Source of the DNA: an uncultured Planctomycetales bacterium
GTDB lineage: Bacteria; Omnitrophota; Gorgyraeia; Zapsychrales; Fredricksoniimonadaceae
Reading direction: 5' to 3'
Assembly: GCA_964572155.1 (NCBI GenBank)
Contig: CAZNDZ010000001.1
Location: 974,290 to 1,038,289, forward strand
DNA: 64,000 nucleotides
Each line of letters opens with the position of its first letter. Position 1 is the first letter of the stretch. Below the pieces are notes generated by a model. The model saw only the letters and a list, made by a program, of their open reading frames with translations, had not been told where the DNA came from and did no database searches. Of this stretch, positions 32,912-42,679 are shown piece by piece. Position numbers and translations under genes: made by a program.

Positions 32912-34531
32912 ATGGATGAAAATATAATATCAACAGAGTGGGATTATATCATTGTCGGTACAGGCATGGGCGGCGCAACAATTGGCTATGCTTTGGCAAA
33001 AGCAGGAAAGAAGGTTTTGTTTTTAGAAAAGGGGCAGGACTATCAAAATAATCCCAAAGCTTTAAAAGGAAATTTTTTAGAAGAGTTTATTTCAAAAGAA
33101 GATGTTCAAGGTACTGCGGGTGATTATTGTAATGCTGGTCGGGCAAATATGGAAATCTGGGATGCTGCCAATGGCAAAACCTTAAAACCTCTCTTGGGTT
33201 CTGGTAGCGGTGGATCAACGGCACTTTTTGGGATGGTCATGGAGCGACTATGGCCCCAAGATTTTGAACCAAAAAAATATCATCCCAATGCGGACAAGGA
33301 CTGTTCGCTTCCAGAACGGTGGCCTATTACCTTTGCAGAGATAGAGCCATATTATCGTCAAGCAGAATGGTTGTATGGCGTGACCAGTACATGGCCAGAT
33401 CCAATGCGCGCAGATCAAACTTTTAGTTATAGGCCTGGGCCAGAACCAATGCCTAAAACATTACGTTTAATGAATGCCCTCAAGAAGCGCGGTTATCATC
33501 CATATTTATCGCCCTTGGCGTTGGATTGGGTTCCTGATTGTAAGTTCTGTCAAAGCTACTTATGTGAAAAAAATTGTAAGAATGACGCGGCAAAGATTTG
33601 CCTTAACCCTTCACAAAAGAAATTTGGAGCTACGTTATTAACAAATTGTGAGGTCTTGCGTTTAGATGCGGATGAGCATCGTGTTCGCTCTGTGCAAGCG
33701 CGTTATCAAGGCAAGGAAATTACATTAAAGGGGCGGTATGTGATTTTAGCGACGGGTGCGCTATCAACGCCGCTGTTGTTATTGCAGTCGAGCTCCAATA
33801 TTTGGCCCAATGGTTTAGCCAATCGCTCCGGTCTTGTTGGGAAAAATCTGATGCGTCATTACATTGATATTTTGGCATTGTTCTCGCGTACGCCATTCCC
33901 AAAAAACTCGACACTTAAGGAGATCGCTTTAAGTGATTTTTATTGTGTTAAAGGGGAAAAGTTTGGCATCATAGGATCTTTTGGACATATGCCACCTACA
34001 ATGATGGTCTTAAATGATATAGAAAATGATATGCGAAGTCATGGTTCTAAATTTGCATCGCTTTTTCATGCCATGCGTCCTCTAACGGGTTGGTTCTTAT
34101 CTAGATTATTAGATCAGGCGGGTTATGCATCTTTGATATTAGAAGATCTTCCTTATCCGGATAATACCGTATCGTTGCGTAAAGACGGGAATGGCTCACA
34201 AATGGCTGTCAATTATCGCATTCGTCCATCGGAATGGGAACGCATTAAGCGTTTTCGCACCATGGCCCAGAAAGCATTTGCACCAAATCCGATGATGCTA
34301 ATGCCTCAGGCTGATAACTTAAAGTTTTTAGCGCATGCTTGTGGAACGTGTCGTTTTGGAGATGATCCTGCTTCGAATGTTCTAAATAAATTTAATCGCA
34401 CGCATGATGTAGAAAATTTATATATTATTGATGCATCATTTTTCCCCTCAAGTGGTGGATCAAATCCAGGGTTGACCATTGCCGCCAATGCCTTGCGAGT
34501 GGCGGATCATTTGATTGCTAAGGATGTTTAA
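32912..34531 (+). CDS. GMC-family FAD-dependent oxidoreductase
   Basis: IIVGTGMGGATIGYALAKAGKKVLFLEKG FAD-binding fold; C-terminal GMC signature; start taken as the ATG 2 nt after the GT stop. Confidence 0.75.
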   Translation: MDENIISTEWDYIIVGTGMGGATIGYALAKAGKKVLFLEKGQDYQNNPKALKGNFLEEFISKEDVQGTAGDYCNAGRANMEIWDAANGKTLKPLLGSGSGGSTALFGMVMERLWPQDFEPKKYHPNADKDCSLPERWPITFAEIEPYYRQAEWLYGVTSTWPDPMRADQTFSYRPGPEPMPKTLRLMNALKKRGYHPYLSPLALDWVPDCKFCQSYLCEKNCKNDAAKICLNPSQKKFGATLLTNCEVLRLDADEHRVRSVQARYQGKEITLKGRYVILATGALSTPLLLLQSSSNIWPNGLANRSGLVGKNLMRHYIDILALFSRTPFPKNSTLKEIALSDFYCVKGEKFGIIGSFGHMPPTMMVLNDIENDMRSHGSKFASLFHAMRPLTGWFLSRLLDQAGYASLILEDLPYPDNTVSLRKDGNGSQMAVNYRIRPSEWERIKRFRTMAQKAFAPNPMMLMPQADNLKFLAHACGTCRFGDDPASNVLNKFNRTHDVENLYIIDASFFPSSGGSNPGLTIAANALRVADHLIAKDV

Positions 34532-35370
34532 TGAGTGTTGTGCGCAGACAACTTGATGTAACACAATTAAAAGGGGATTGGGCTTTAGTTACCGGAGCTT
34601 CAGCTGGTATAGGTAAGGAATTCTGTATTCAACTGGCTCAACATGGCATGAATGTTATCATGGTGGCCAGACGTCAACATCTTTTAGATGCCTTGGCACA
34701 TCAGCTTGAAGATGATTTTAAGATCAGATGTTTGCCCATTGCATTAAGTTTAGATGACCCTCAATCAATTACGAAGATTAGAAAAGTTGTTAATGCTGAA
34801 AAAATCAAGATCCGATTGCTCGTTAATAATGCTGGTATAAATTATTATGGACGATTTGAATCGATGGATGCTGGACAGAATATTCAAATGATGTATTTGA
34901 ATATAGTTGCTGTCTCATTATTGTGTAGAGAATTTTTAAATGATCTTAAGGATTTTCCGACGAGTGCTATAGTCAATATTTCATCTCAAGCTGCTCTTAA
35001 TCCAATTCCAGGGGCAGCCTTATATGCAGCGACCAAAGCATTTGTGCATAGTTTGAGTTTGTCTTTGTATGAAGAACTTAAACGTACAAGTGTCATCGTG
35101 CAAACGGTAATTCCATGTCCTACAGAAACGGAATCTTCACGCAGCACAGATGTAAGATTTGGGAAGATAAAGGGCTGGCGAAGTGTAACAGAAGTTGTTA
35201 AGATTTCATTAGATCATTTAAAAATAGATGAGCCTGTTACCGCAATTGCCGAAAATCTTTTTATACAAAAACTTTTTGTCAATTTAATGTCAGAGAAAGT
35301 AGTTTTAGCCAAAATGGGCTCAATCTTTTTAGACAGAAATGTATTTAATAAAGATAAGGAGATGGAATGA
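34531..35370 (+). CDS. short-chain dehydrogenase/reductase
   Basis: [11 protein letters not shown] and YAATKAF (YxxxK). Confidence 0.75.
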   Translation: MSVVRRQLDVTQLKGDWALVTGASAGIGKEFCIQLAQHGMNVIMVARRQHLLDALAHQLEDDFKIRCLPIALSLDDPQSITKIRKVVNAEKIKIRLLVNNAGINYYGRFESMDAGQNIQMMYLNIVAVSLLCREFLNDLKDFPTSAIVNISSQAALNPIPGAALYAATKAFVHSLSLSLYEELKRTSVIVQTVIPCPTETESSRSTDVRFGKIKGWRSVTEVVKISLDHLKIDEPVTAIAENLFIQKLFVNLMSEKVVLAKMGSIFLDRNVFNKDKEME

Positions 35371-36233
35371 AAGGTATTATCTTAGCGGGAGGCAGGGCAA
35401 CAAGGCTTTATCCAATTACCAAAGGGGTCTGCAAACAGCTTTTGCCAATTTACGATAAGCCGATGGTTTATTATCCGTTGTCAGTACTCATGCTTGCTGG
35501 CATTAAAGATATTCTGATCATATCCACGCCTGATGATTTACCTAAGTTTGAAAATCTTTTTGGGGATGGAAAGTGGCTCGGGGTAAAGATTTCTTATGCC
35601 GTTCAGCATCAACCAAAAGGTATTGCGCAGGCCTTTCTCGTGGCTGAGGAATTCATTGATAATAAACCAGTGTGTTTGGTTTTGGGTGATAATATCTTTT
35701 ACGGCGGCAATTTACCAAAATATCTAAAGCAAGCAGTGAGCATTAAACAAGGCGCCACTGTCTTTGGTTATAATGTCACCGATCCACAGCGCTATGGTGT
35801 GGTCTCATTTAATAAGAATATGAAAGCAGAATCTATCGTTGAAAAACCAGTAAATCCTAAATCTAGTTGGGCAGTGACGGGGTTATATTTTTATGATAAT
35901 CAAGTCGTTAAGATTGCCAAAGCATTAAAGCCGTCTGCACGAGGTGAGTTAGAAATTACGGATGTCAATAAAGTGTATTTGGCTAAAAAGAAATTAAATG
36001 TGCAATTGATGGGGCGTGGGTACGCGTGGCTCGATACTGGTACATATCAATCATTAATTGATGCGTCGGTGTTTATTAAAACTATAGAAGAACGTCAGAA
36101 TTTGAAGATCGGTTGTATTGAAGAAATTGCGTATAAACAAGGTTGGATCAATAAGTCCCAATTATTAGCCTTAGCCAAAGGAATTCCGACAAGCTATGGT
36201 GAATATCTAAAAAGGATTGCGATAAATGAATAA
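35367..36233 (+). CDS. rfbA: glucose-1-phosphate thymidylyltransferase
   Basis: [33 protein letters not shown]-terminal signature; 288 aa. Confidence 0.9.
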   Translation: MKGIILAGGRATRLYPITKGVCKQLLPIYDKPMVYYPLSVLMLAGIKDILIISTPDDLPKFENLFGDGKWLGVKISYAVQHQPKGIAQAFLVAEEFIDNKPVCLVLGDNIFYGGNLPKYLKQAVSIKQGATVFGYNVTDPQRYGVVSFNKNMKAESIVEKPVNPKSSWAVTGLYFYDNQVVKIAKALKPSARGELEITDVNKVYLAKKKLNVQLMGRGYAWLDTGTYQSLIDASVFIKTIEERQNLKIGCIEEIAYKQGWINKSQLLALAKGIPTSYGEYLKRIAINE

Positions 36234-37059
36234 AGATATCTTAATTATAGGTGATGGTTATATCGGTCGTAAATTATCAAAGGCGCTTAATGCACGCTTA
36301 TCGGCCAAACGTGTTCGTTTTTATGAAGACGTTGAAGGATTGGTTAAGAAATATCGTCCTAAGATTTTGATCAATACAATCGGCCATGTGGGTAAATCTA
36401 ACGTTGATGATTGCGAAAAGGCAGTGGATAAGACCCTTAATGCAAATACCTTTGTGCCTATTCTCATGGCGGAAGTGGCTTTGCGTTACAATATTAAGTT
36501 AGTCCATATTAGCAGTGGATGTATCTATCATTACAAATATGGCCATCAGAAACCTATTCTAGAAAGTCGCAATCCAGATTATTACGATTTATTTTATAGC
36601 CGTACAAAAATTTATACAGAAGATGCGTTACTGCGTTTGTCACGCAAAAAAAACATGGTTAATATTTTGATCGTGCGCATTCGCGTGCCTTTAGACAATG
36701 TGCCAAATCCCAAGAACTTACTGACCAAGTTAATCAAGTATGGTAAGGTGATTGATGCGCCTAATTCAGTGACGTATATTCCAGATTTTATTGAGGCTCT
36801 AAAGCATTTGATTCGCAAAGACGCTAAGGGTTTATATAATGTTATGGCGGATGGGGCTTTGTATTATCCAGACTTGATGAAGCTTTATCAAAAATATGAT
36901 CCTAAGTTCAAATTCGAGATCATCAAGCTTAAGAATTTGTCATTAAAACGTACCAGTCTAATCATGTCGACGACAAAATTACAAAAAAGTGGTTTTAAAG
37001 TAAGACCTATCAAGGAGATAATAAAAGAATGCGTGGAAAATTACACACAATCCTCGTAA
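36226..37059 (+). CDS. dTDP-4-dehydro-6-deoxyhexose reductase (RfbD-like NAD(P)-dependent reductase)
   Basis: 277 aa; [13 protein letters not shown] nucleotide-binding start, YSRTK (YxxxK); positioned between rfbA and rfbB. Confidence 0.6.
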   Translation: MNKDILIIGDGYIGRKLSKALNARLSAKRVRFYEDVEGLVKKYRPKILINTIGHVGKSNVDDCEKAVDKTLNANTFVPILMAEVALRYNIKLVHISSGCIYHYKYGHQKPILESRNPDYYDLFYSRTKIYTEDALLRLSRKKNMVNILIVRIRVPLDNVPNPKNLLTKLIKYGKVIDAPNSVTYIPDFIEALKHLIRKDAKGLYNVMADGALYYPDLMKLYQKYDPKFKFEIIKLKNLSLKRTSLIMSTTKLQKSGFKVRPIKEIIKECVENYTQSS

Positions 37060-38036
37060 CGGGGGCAGCAGGTTTTATTGGTAGTGAATTTGTTAGGCAG
37101 AAAGTTAAAGACGCAAATGTTAAAATCATTGCGGTTGATAAGCTAACCTATGCGGGTGATGTTAAGCGATTTGCAGAGGTCAAAAATAAATTTAAATTCT
37201 ATAAAGCTGATATTTCTAATCGTGTTCAATTGGAGCGTGTTTTTAAAGCCCATCGTCCTGATACCATTATCCATTTTGCCGCTGAAACGCACGTTGATAG
37301 AAGCATCCGTGATGTCTGGCCGTTTATATCAACGAACGTAAATGGCACACAAAATTTGATTGATTTGGTTCGAAAATATAAAACCCCCAAAATGGTGCAT
37401 ATTTCAACCGATGAGGTTTATGGTGATAGCCATAAAGGATGGTTTAAAGAAACCGATCAAATTAAAGCTAACAATCCATATTCTGCAACGAAAGCCGCCG
37501 CTGAACATTTGATTAGAGCTGCGATACGCACATATCAATTTCCAGCCATCATTATACGCCCGTCGAATAATTATGGGTATTGGCAATATCCTGAGAAATT
37601 AATCCCCGTGGTCATTTTAAAGGCTTTGAATAATGAACGGGTTCCAGTTTATGGGAAGGGTAAGCAGGTTAGAGAATGGCTTCATGTTAGCGATTGCGCT
37701 AGAGCTGTGGATACGATTTATAAAAAAGGTAAAATTGGAGAGACCTACAATATAGGTACGTATTATGAACAAGAAAATATTAAGACCGTTGAAATGATTT
37801 TAAAACGTATGAATAAACCAAAGAGTTTAATTCAGTTTGTTCCAGATCGTCTAGGTCATGATTTCCGCTATTCTGTCGATTGTTCGAAACTTGAAAAGTT
37901 GGGTTGGAAGCCAAAGGTTGATTTCACATCTGGTCTTGATCATACCGTGACGTGGTTTTTAGATAACTTGCCATGGGTTGAACAAAAACGAAAAGTGATT
38001 AAATCGTTTTGGGACAAGGTTTATAAAATGAAATAG
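37029..38036 (+). CDS. rfbB: dTDP-glucose 4,6-dehydratase
   Basis: [25 protein letters not shown] motifs; 335 aa. Confidence 0.9.
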   Translation: MRGKLHTILVTGAAGFIGSEFVRQKVKDANVKIIAVDKLTYAGDVKRFAEVKNKFKFYKADISNRVQLERVFKAHRPDTIIHFAAETHVDRSIRDVWPFISTNVNGTQNLIDLVRKYKTPKMVHISTDEVYGDSHKGWFKETDQIKANNPYSATKAAAEHLIRAAIRTYQFPAIIIRPSNNYGYWQYPEKLIPVVILKALNNERVPVYGKGKQVREWLHVSDCARAVDTIYKKGKIGETYNIGTYYEQENIKTVEMILKRMNKPKSLIQFVPDRLGHDFRYSVDCSKLEKLGWKPKVDFTSGLDHTVTWFLDNLPWVEQKRKVIKSFWDKVYKMK

Positions 38037-38136
38037 CCTTGTTTGGTAATAAAAATGATTAATAACATGCTATTTATGATATAGTACCCATTCGTTGTTT
38101 TTTGGTATTTTACTTTAGGAAATACAAATTTCACTA

Positions 38137-41100
38137 ATGGCTAATGCTGTTAGGGTTTTTTTATCGCAAAGGATTGTAATGCCGATTGTTAAGGACGATA
38201 AGAGCTTAGAGCGTGTCGCGGGTGAGGTGGCTTTTCAGCGGGGGATGAGTTATTACCGAAAAGGTGCGGTTAAGACCGTTGCACGTAAGGGTAATTATTT
38301 AGAAGGTTTGGTCCAAGGATCAGATACCGATCCGTTTCATGTGCGGATTTTGATCAAGGGCTTAGATAATTTTCGTTTAGCAGAATGCACGTGTCCCTTC
38401 AAATTGGGAAGCATGTGCAAGCATGCCGTTGCTGTTTTGTTGCATTGGAATCATTATGTGGCGATCAACCATACCGTTGATTTAAGCAAAATGATTTTCT
38501 TAGACGAGAAGCAGCTGCGTTTAAATGCGCAGCAGAAACCAGTGGTTAAGGCAGTTACCGAATCGTCGACAAAATCAGAAGCAAAGCCTAAGCCAAAGAG
38601 GCCAAGTTATCTTCTACCTGCTTATGAATATAGGTCCCCACAAAAGCCGCGTATCCAAATTGCCTTTGCCTTAAATGGCTTCAATGGTAATGGCTTAAGA
38701 AGCATACCGTTTAAAATCTTTATCATTCACAGCGACATAAAACTTTCCGTCACAAATTTACGTGTCTTAATCAATCAAAATAATGCGCGGGATTCAAAAC
38801 AATTTAAGTTTTCAACGTTAAGCGCGTCTCAGCAACATGTCTTGCATTTGCTCAATGAGTTTTCCGTCATGGATGGAAGTCGAGACAATGGTTTTGCAGT
38901 GCCGCAATTTAAAATGAAGCGCATGCAATGGGCCATCTGTTTAGGCGTTATGGCCAAGTGTGAAGATCTTGAATTTGTCGATATTAAAACCAATCAAGCC
39001 ATAACTGTAAATGCACTAGACAAGTTAATACTGAGCATCCATATCCGTCAGATGGAGCAAGGGCAATGGGGCGTTACGGCAACATTCAAAGATCCTAATA
39101 ATGCTACGCGTGATTTTAGTCATGTGCATATTCAAGAAGGTCAGCCGGTATGGTTATATGATGAGGCCATTCCAAGTTTTCAAATGATGCATGAGTCGAT
39201 AAGTCATGCATTTTTAGTCGATTTTCTTAATAATGAACGCGTCCTTGATTTACCTCAAATCCCATATTTTATGACCAGTGTCCTTGATTCATTACGATCA
39301 TCGTGTGAGATCATAGGAGATGTCGACGCAATTCAAAAAGCCACCTTTATCAAGCCAACATTAAAGTCTCGTTTAGATTTAAACTATGTGAAGAATGCAG
39401 TCCGCGCTAAGTTGTCATTTATTTATGATAACGGCACGGCATATGCCTATGAAGGGGATATGAGTTTAGAGCGCTATGCCATGGTGGGAGATGATAAAGC
39501 CATGCAATGGGTTGTGCGTGATCTCGATGAGGAAAATGCCAAGGTGTCTTTTCTTCTCAAAGATTGTGGTTTTGAATGGGGTAAGAATTCTAAAACCTTT
39601 TCATTAACAGGTTCTGATGAGATCCTAGGATTTGTTTATCAAAAGTTGCCAATGTTGCGACGATCCATGGAAGTTCATTGTTCTAAAGATTTTGAAGCAA
39701 AATTATTAAACAACAATTTCTTTGAGCCTGTGGTACGACTGACAGGAAGTGGTATTGACTGGTTTGAGTTTGATGCGGTTTACAAAGTTAAAGGTTTAGA
39801 TGAAACCATCACGCACGAGAAAATAAAGCGGTTAATCGCAGAAGGGCAGAACTTTATTCGATTAAAGAAGGGTGAGATTTTACCCATCCCGCTTGAATTT
39901 TACGAACGCATTGAGCAGTTAAACGAAGAGTTAGACACTAAGAAGATCCATTTATCCCAAATCCCATTTGTGATGGATGAGTTAAAGCGCCAAGGTTTAA
40001 CTTCAGACGTTGATCAAAATTTATCCACGTTATATCGAGATTTGAAAAACTTTCAATCCATCGAGCCGGCAACCGTCCCTGATTCAGTTAAGGAAGTCCT
40101 GCGTGATTATCAACATAAGGGTGTGGATTGGTTATCGTTTTTAAAGCGTTTTAAGTTTGGTGGTATTCTGGCTGATGAAATGGGTCTTGGTAAAACGTTG
40201 CAGGCATTGACCATGGTTCAGTTGGAAATAGAAGCAGGAAATGCCATGCCATCCTTAGTCGTGTGCCCAACAACGTTAGTTTGGAATTGGCATGAAGAAA
40301 TAAAGAAGTTCTTACCTAATGCCCGCGTATTAATTCTAAATGGAAATCATCGTCGTGATTTATTTGATCAAATCAAAGATGCGCATGTGGTCATCACATC
40401 ATATCCATTATTGCGTCGTGATATTGAGCTTTATAAGAAATTTTCTTTTAATTATGTCATTTTAGACGAAGCTCAAAATATTAAGAATCGTCATACACAA
40501 AATGCACAAGTAGCCAAGTCATTAAAAGCCACGTATCGTCTTGCCATGACGGGTACGCCCATTGAGAACAGCATCATGGATTTGTGGTCGATCTTTGATT
40601 TCTTAATGCCTGGCTTTTTAGGTAATGCGAATAACTTCAAGAAGCGTTATGAAATACCTATCACTAAGTTTCAAGATAAAGATCAGTTAACCAAACTTTC
40701 AAGCCGTATCTTGCCGTTTGTCTTAAGACGTCTTAAGAAAGACGTTATTAAAGATTTGCCGGATAAGATCGAACAGATTTCATATTGTGAGTTGGAACCA
40801 ACACAGGCTAAGATTTATACGAAGATGATTGAGTCGGCACGTGACATTGCAACCAAGAGCGTGGCCACCCAAGGTTTTGAAAAAAGCCGTATGGTGATCT
40901 TAACGTTGATCTTGCGGCTACGCCAAATTTGTTGTCACCCCATCATCGCACAAGTCGATCTTGGGCATCGCAATGTTTCAGGTAAGATGGAATTGCTTAA
41001 AGAGACATTAGCAGAGTTATTATCTGGTGGGCACAAGGTTTTGATCTTTAGCCAATTTGTTTCGATGCTTAACTTTATGGAAGATTATTTGAAACGTGAA

Positions 41101-41490
41101 GATATTGCCTATGCATATCTTGATGGGTCGAGCAAAGACCGTCAAGGCGAGGTCGAGCGTTTTAATCAAGATCCTAACCTAAAAGTTTTCTTATTAAGTT
41201 TAAAAGTAGGTGGTGTAGGTTTAAATTTAACGTCTGCAGATACGGTCATCATCTACGAACCATGGTGGAATCCCGCTGTTGAAAACCAAGCCATCGACCG
41301 TGTTCACCGCATCGGCCAAAATAATTCTGTCTTAGCCTATCGTTTAATCACCAAAGGCACCATCGAAGAAAAAATGCTAGAACTCCAAAACCGCAAACGC
41401 TTTCTCATGGATTCTCTAGTTTTATCTGAAGACAGCATCGGCAAAAAGCTTGATTGGGAAGATATTAAGTTCCTGTTGGATATGAAATAG
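38137..41490 (+). CDS. SNF2-family DNA-dependent ATPase/helicase with N-terminal SWIM zinc finger
   Basis: CxC..CxH SWIM (ECTCPFKLGSMCKHAVAVLLHW); DEMGLGKT, DEAQNIKN, helicase-C (LKVGGVGLNLTSADTV..E..WNPA...QA.DR.HRIGQ). Confidence 0.8.
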   Translation: MANAVRVFLSQRIVMPIVKDDKSLERVAGEVAFQRGMSYYRKGAVKTVARKGNYLEGLVQGSDTDPFHVRILIKGLDNFRLAECTCPFKLGSMCKHAVAVLLHWNHYVAINHTVDLSKMIFLDEKQLRLNAQQKPVVKAVTESSTKSEAKPKPKRPSYLLPAYEYRSPQKPRIQIAFALNGFNGNGLRSIPFKIFIIHSDIKLSVTNLRVLINQNNARDSKQFKFSTLSASQQHVLHLLNEFSVMDGSRDNGFAVPQFKMKRMQWAICLGVMAKCEDLEFVDIKTNQAITVNALDKLILSIHIRQMEQGQWGVTATFKDPNNATRDFSHVHIQEGQPVWLYDEAIPSFQMMHESISHAFLVDFLNNERVLDLPQIPYFMTSVLDSLRSSCEIIGDVDAIQKATFIKPTLKSRLDLNYVKNAVRAKLSFIYDNGTAYAYEGDMSLERYAMVGDDKAMQWVVRDLDEENAKVSFLLKDCGFEWGKNSKTFSLTGSDEILGFVYQKLPMLRRSMEVHCSKDFEAKLLNNNFFEPVVRLTGSGIDWFEFDAVYKVKGLDETITHEKIKRLIAEGQNFIRLKKGEILPIPLEFYERIEQLNEELDTKKIHLSQIPFVMDELKRQGLTSDVDQNLSTLYRDLKNFQSIEPATVPDSVKEVLRDYQHKGVDWLSFLKRFKFGGILADEMGLGKTLQALTMVQLEIEAGNAMPSLVVCPTTLVWNWHEEIKKFLPNARVLILNGNHRRDLFDQIKDAHVVITSYPLLRRDIELYKKFSFNYVILDEAQNIKNRHTQNAQVAKSLKATYRLAMTGTPIENSIMDLWSIFDFLMPGFLGNANNFKKRYEIPITKFQDKDQLTKLSSRILPFVLRRLKKDVIKDLPDKIEQISYCELEPTQAKIYTKMIESARDIATKSVATQGFEKSRMVILTLILRLRQICCHPIIAQVDLGHRNVSGKMELLKETLAELLSGGHKVLIFSQFVSMLNFMEDYLKREDIAYAYLDGSSKDRQGEVERFNQDPNLKVFLLSLKVGGVGLNLTSADTVIIYEPWWNPAVENQAIDRVHRIGQNNSVLAYRLITKGTIEEKMLELQNRKRFLMDSLVLSEDSIGKKLDWEDIKFLLDMK

Positions 41491-41606
41491 TTGACTTTGC
41501 CTTACAAATATGCAAAATGTTTTAAAGAAGCCCTTCGTCCGTTTTACTCCTGCCGCTTCTGAAGTTAATTAATCGTTATAGTCTAAAACCTATCAGGAGG
41601 GCTTCC

Positions 41607-42638
41607 ATGCTACCTAAAAGCTACGGCGTTTTTCTATCTGATTTAAAAAAACGTATTGTACAAGAGCGTTTAAAAGTCGTTTTGTCCACCAATGCTGCAT
41701 TAGTAATGATGTATTGGGATATAGGTCAAGCAATCTTAAATAAACAAAAAGAAGAAGGTTGGGGCACAAAAGTCATTGATAGATTGTCGTTAGACTTAAG
41801 TAAGTCTTTTCCTGACATGAGTGGTTTCTCACCAAGAAATTTGAAATATATGCGTGCGTTTGCTGAAGCGTGGAAAAATAGATCAATTGTGCAGCGGGCC
41901 GTTGCACAATTGCCTTGGAGGAGTAATATTGCATTATTAGATAAGTTAGAAACAATTCAAACAAGGTTATGGTATGCACAAAAAACAATTGAGTGTGGAT
42001 GGAGTAAAGATATTTTATGTGTTCAGATTGAAAATCAATTACATTTACGACATGGGAATATAACACATAATTTTGTAGAATCTTTGCCACCAACAGAATC
42101 TGATATGGCTCAACAGATATTTAAAGATCCATATCTCTTTGATTTCTTAGGAACAGGTGATCCAAGAAGAGAAGCTGAATTAGAACAAGGCTTAATGGAT
42201 CATATACAGAAGTTTCTTTTAGAGTTAGGGGCTGGTTTTGCCTTTGTTGGTCGTCAAGTTCGTCTTGAATTAGGTGGTGATGAGTTCTTTATTGATTTGT
42301 TATTTTATCATCTAAAACTTCGTTGTTACGTTGTTATTGAGTTAAAAGCTGTGGCATTTGATTCTGGGCATATTGGTCAATTAAATATGTATTTAAACGT
42401 AGTTGATGATATATTCCGTCATCCAGATGATAAGCCAACTATAGGTCTGCTTTTAGTTAAACATAAGAATAAGATGGTTGCTGAATATGCATTGCGTGGA
42501 TTTAAAAAGCCGATTGGCGTTGCTCAATGGGAAACAGAGATAACACGTTCATTGCCAAAGAAACTTAAAACAAGTTTGCCAACCATTGAAGAGCTTGAAA
42601 CAGAATTGAGTAAAGATGTATCCAGTAAGGGTAAATGA
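41607..42638 (+). CDS. YhcG-like PD-(D/E)XK nuclease family protein (DUF1016)
   Basis: 343 aa; C-terminal GFAFVGRQ..DLLFYH..YVVIELK PD-(D/E)XK core. Confidence 0.6.
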   Translation: MLPKSYGVFLSDLKKRIVQERLKVVLSTNAALVMMYWDIGQAILNKQKEEGWGTKVIDRLSLDLSKSFPDMSGFSPRNLKYMRAFAEAWKNRSIVQRAVAQLPWRSNIALLDKLETIQTRLWYAQKTIECGWSKDILCVQIENQLHLRHGNITHNFVESLPPTESDMAQQIFKDPYLFDFLGTGDPRREAELEQGLMDHIQKFLLELGAGFAFVGRQVRLELGGDEFFIDLLFYHLKLRCYVVIELKAVAFDSGHIGQLNMYLNVVDDIFRHPDDKPTIGLLLVKHKNKMVAEYALRGFKKPIGVAQWETEITRSLPKKLKTSLPTIEELETELSKDVSSKGK

Positions 42639-42679
42639 TGGTAAGATTTCTGCATCAAAAATTTATTTAAGGAAATAAA

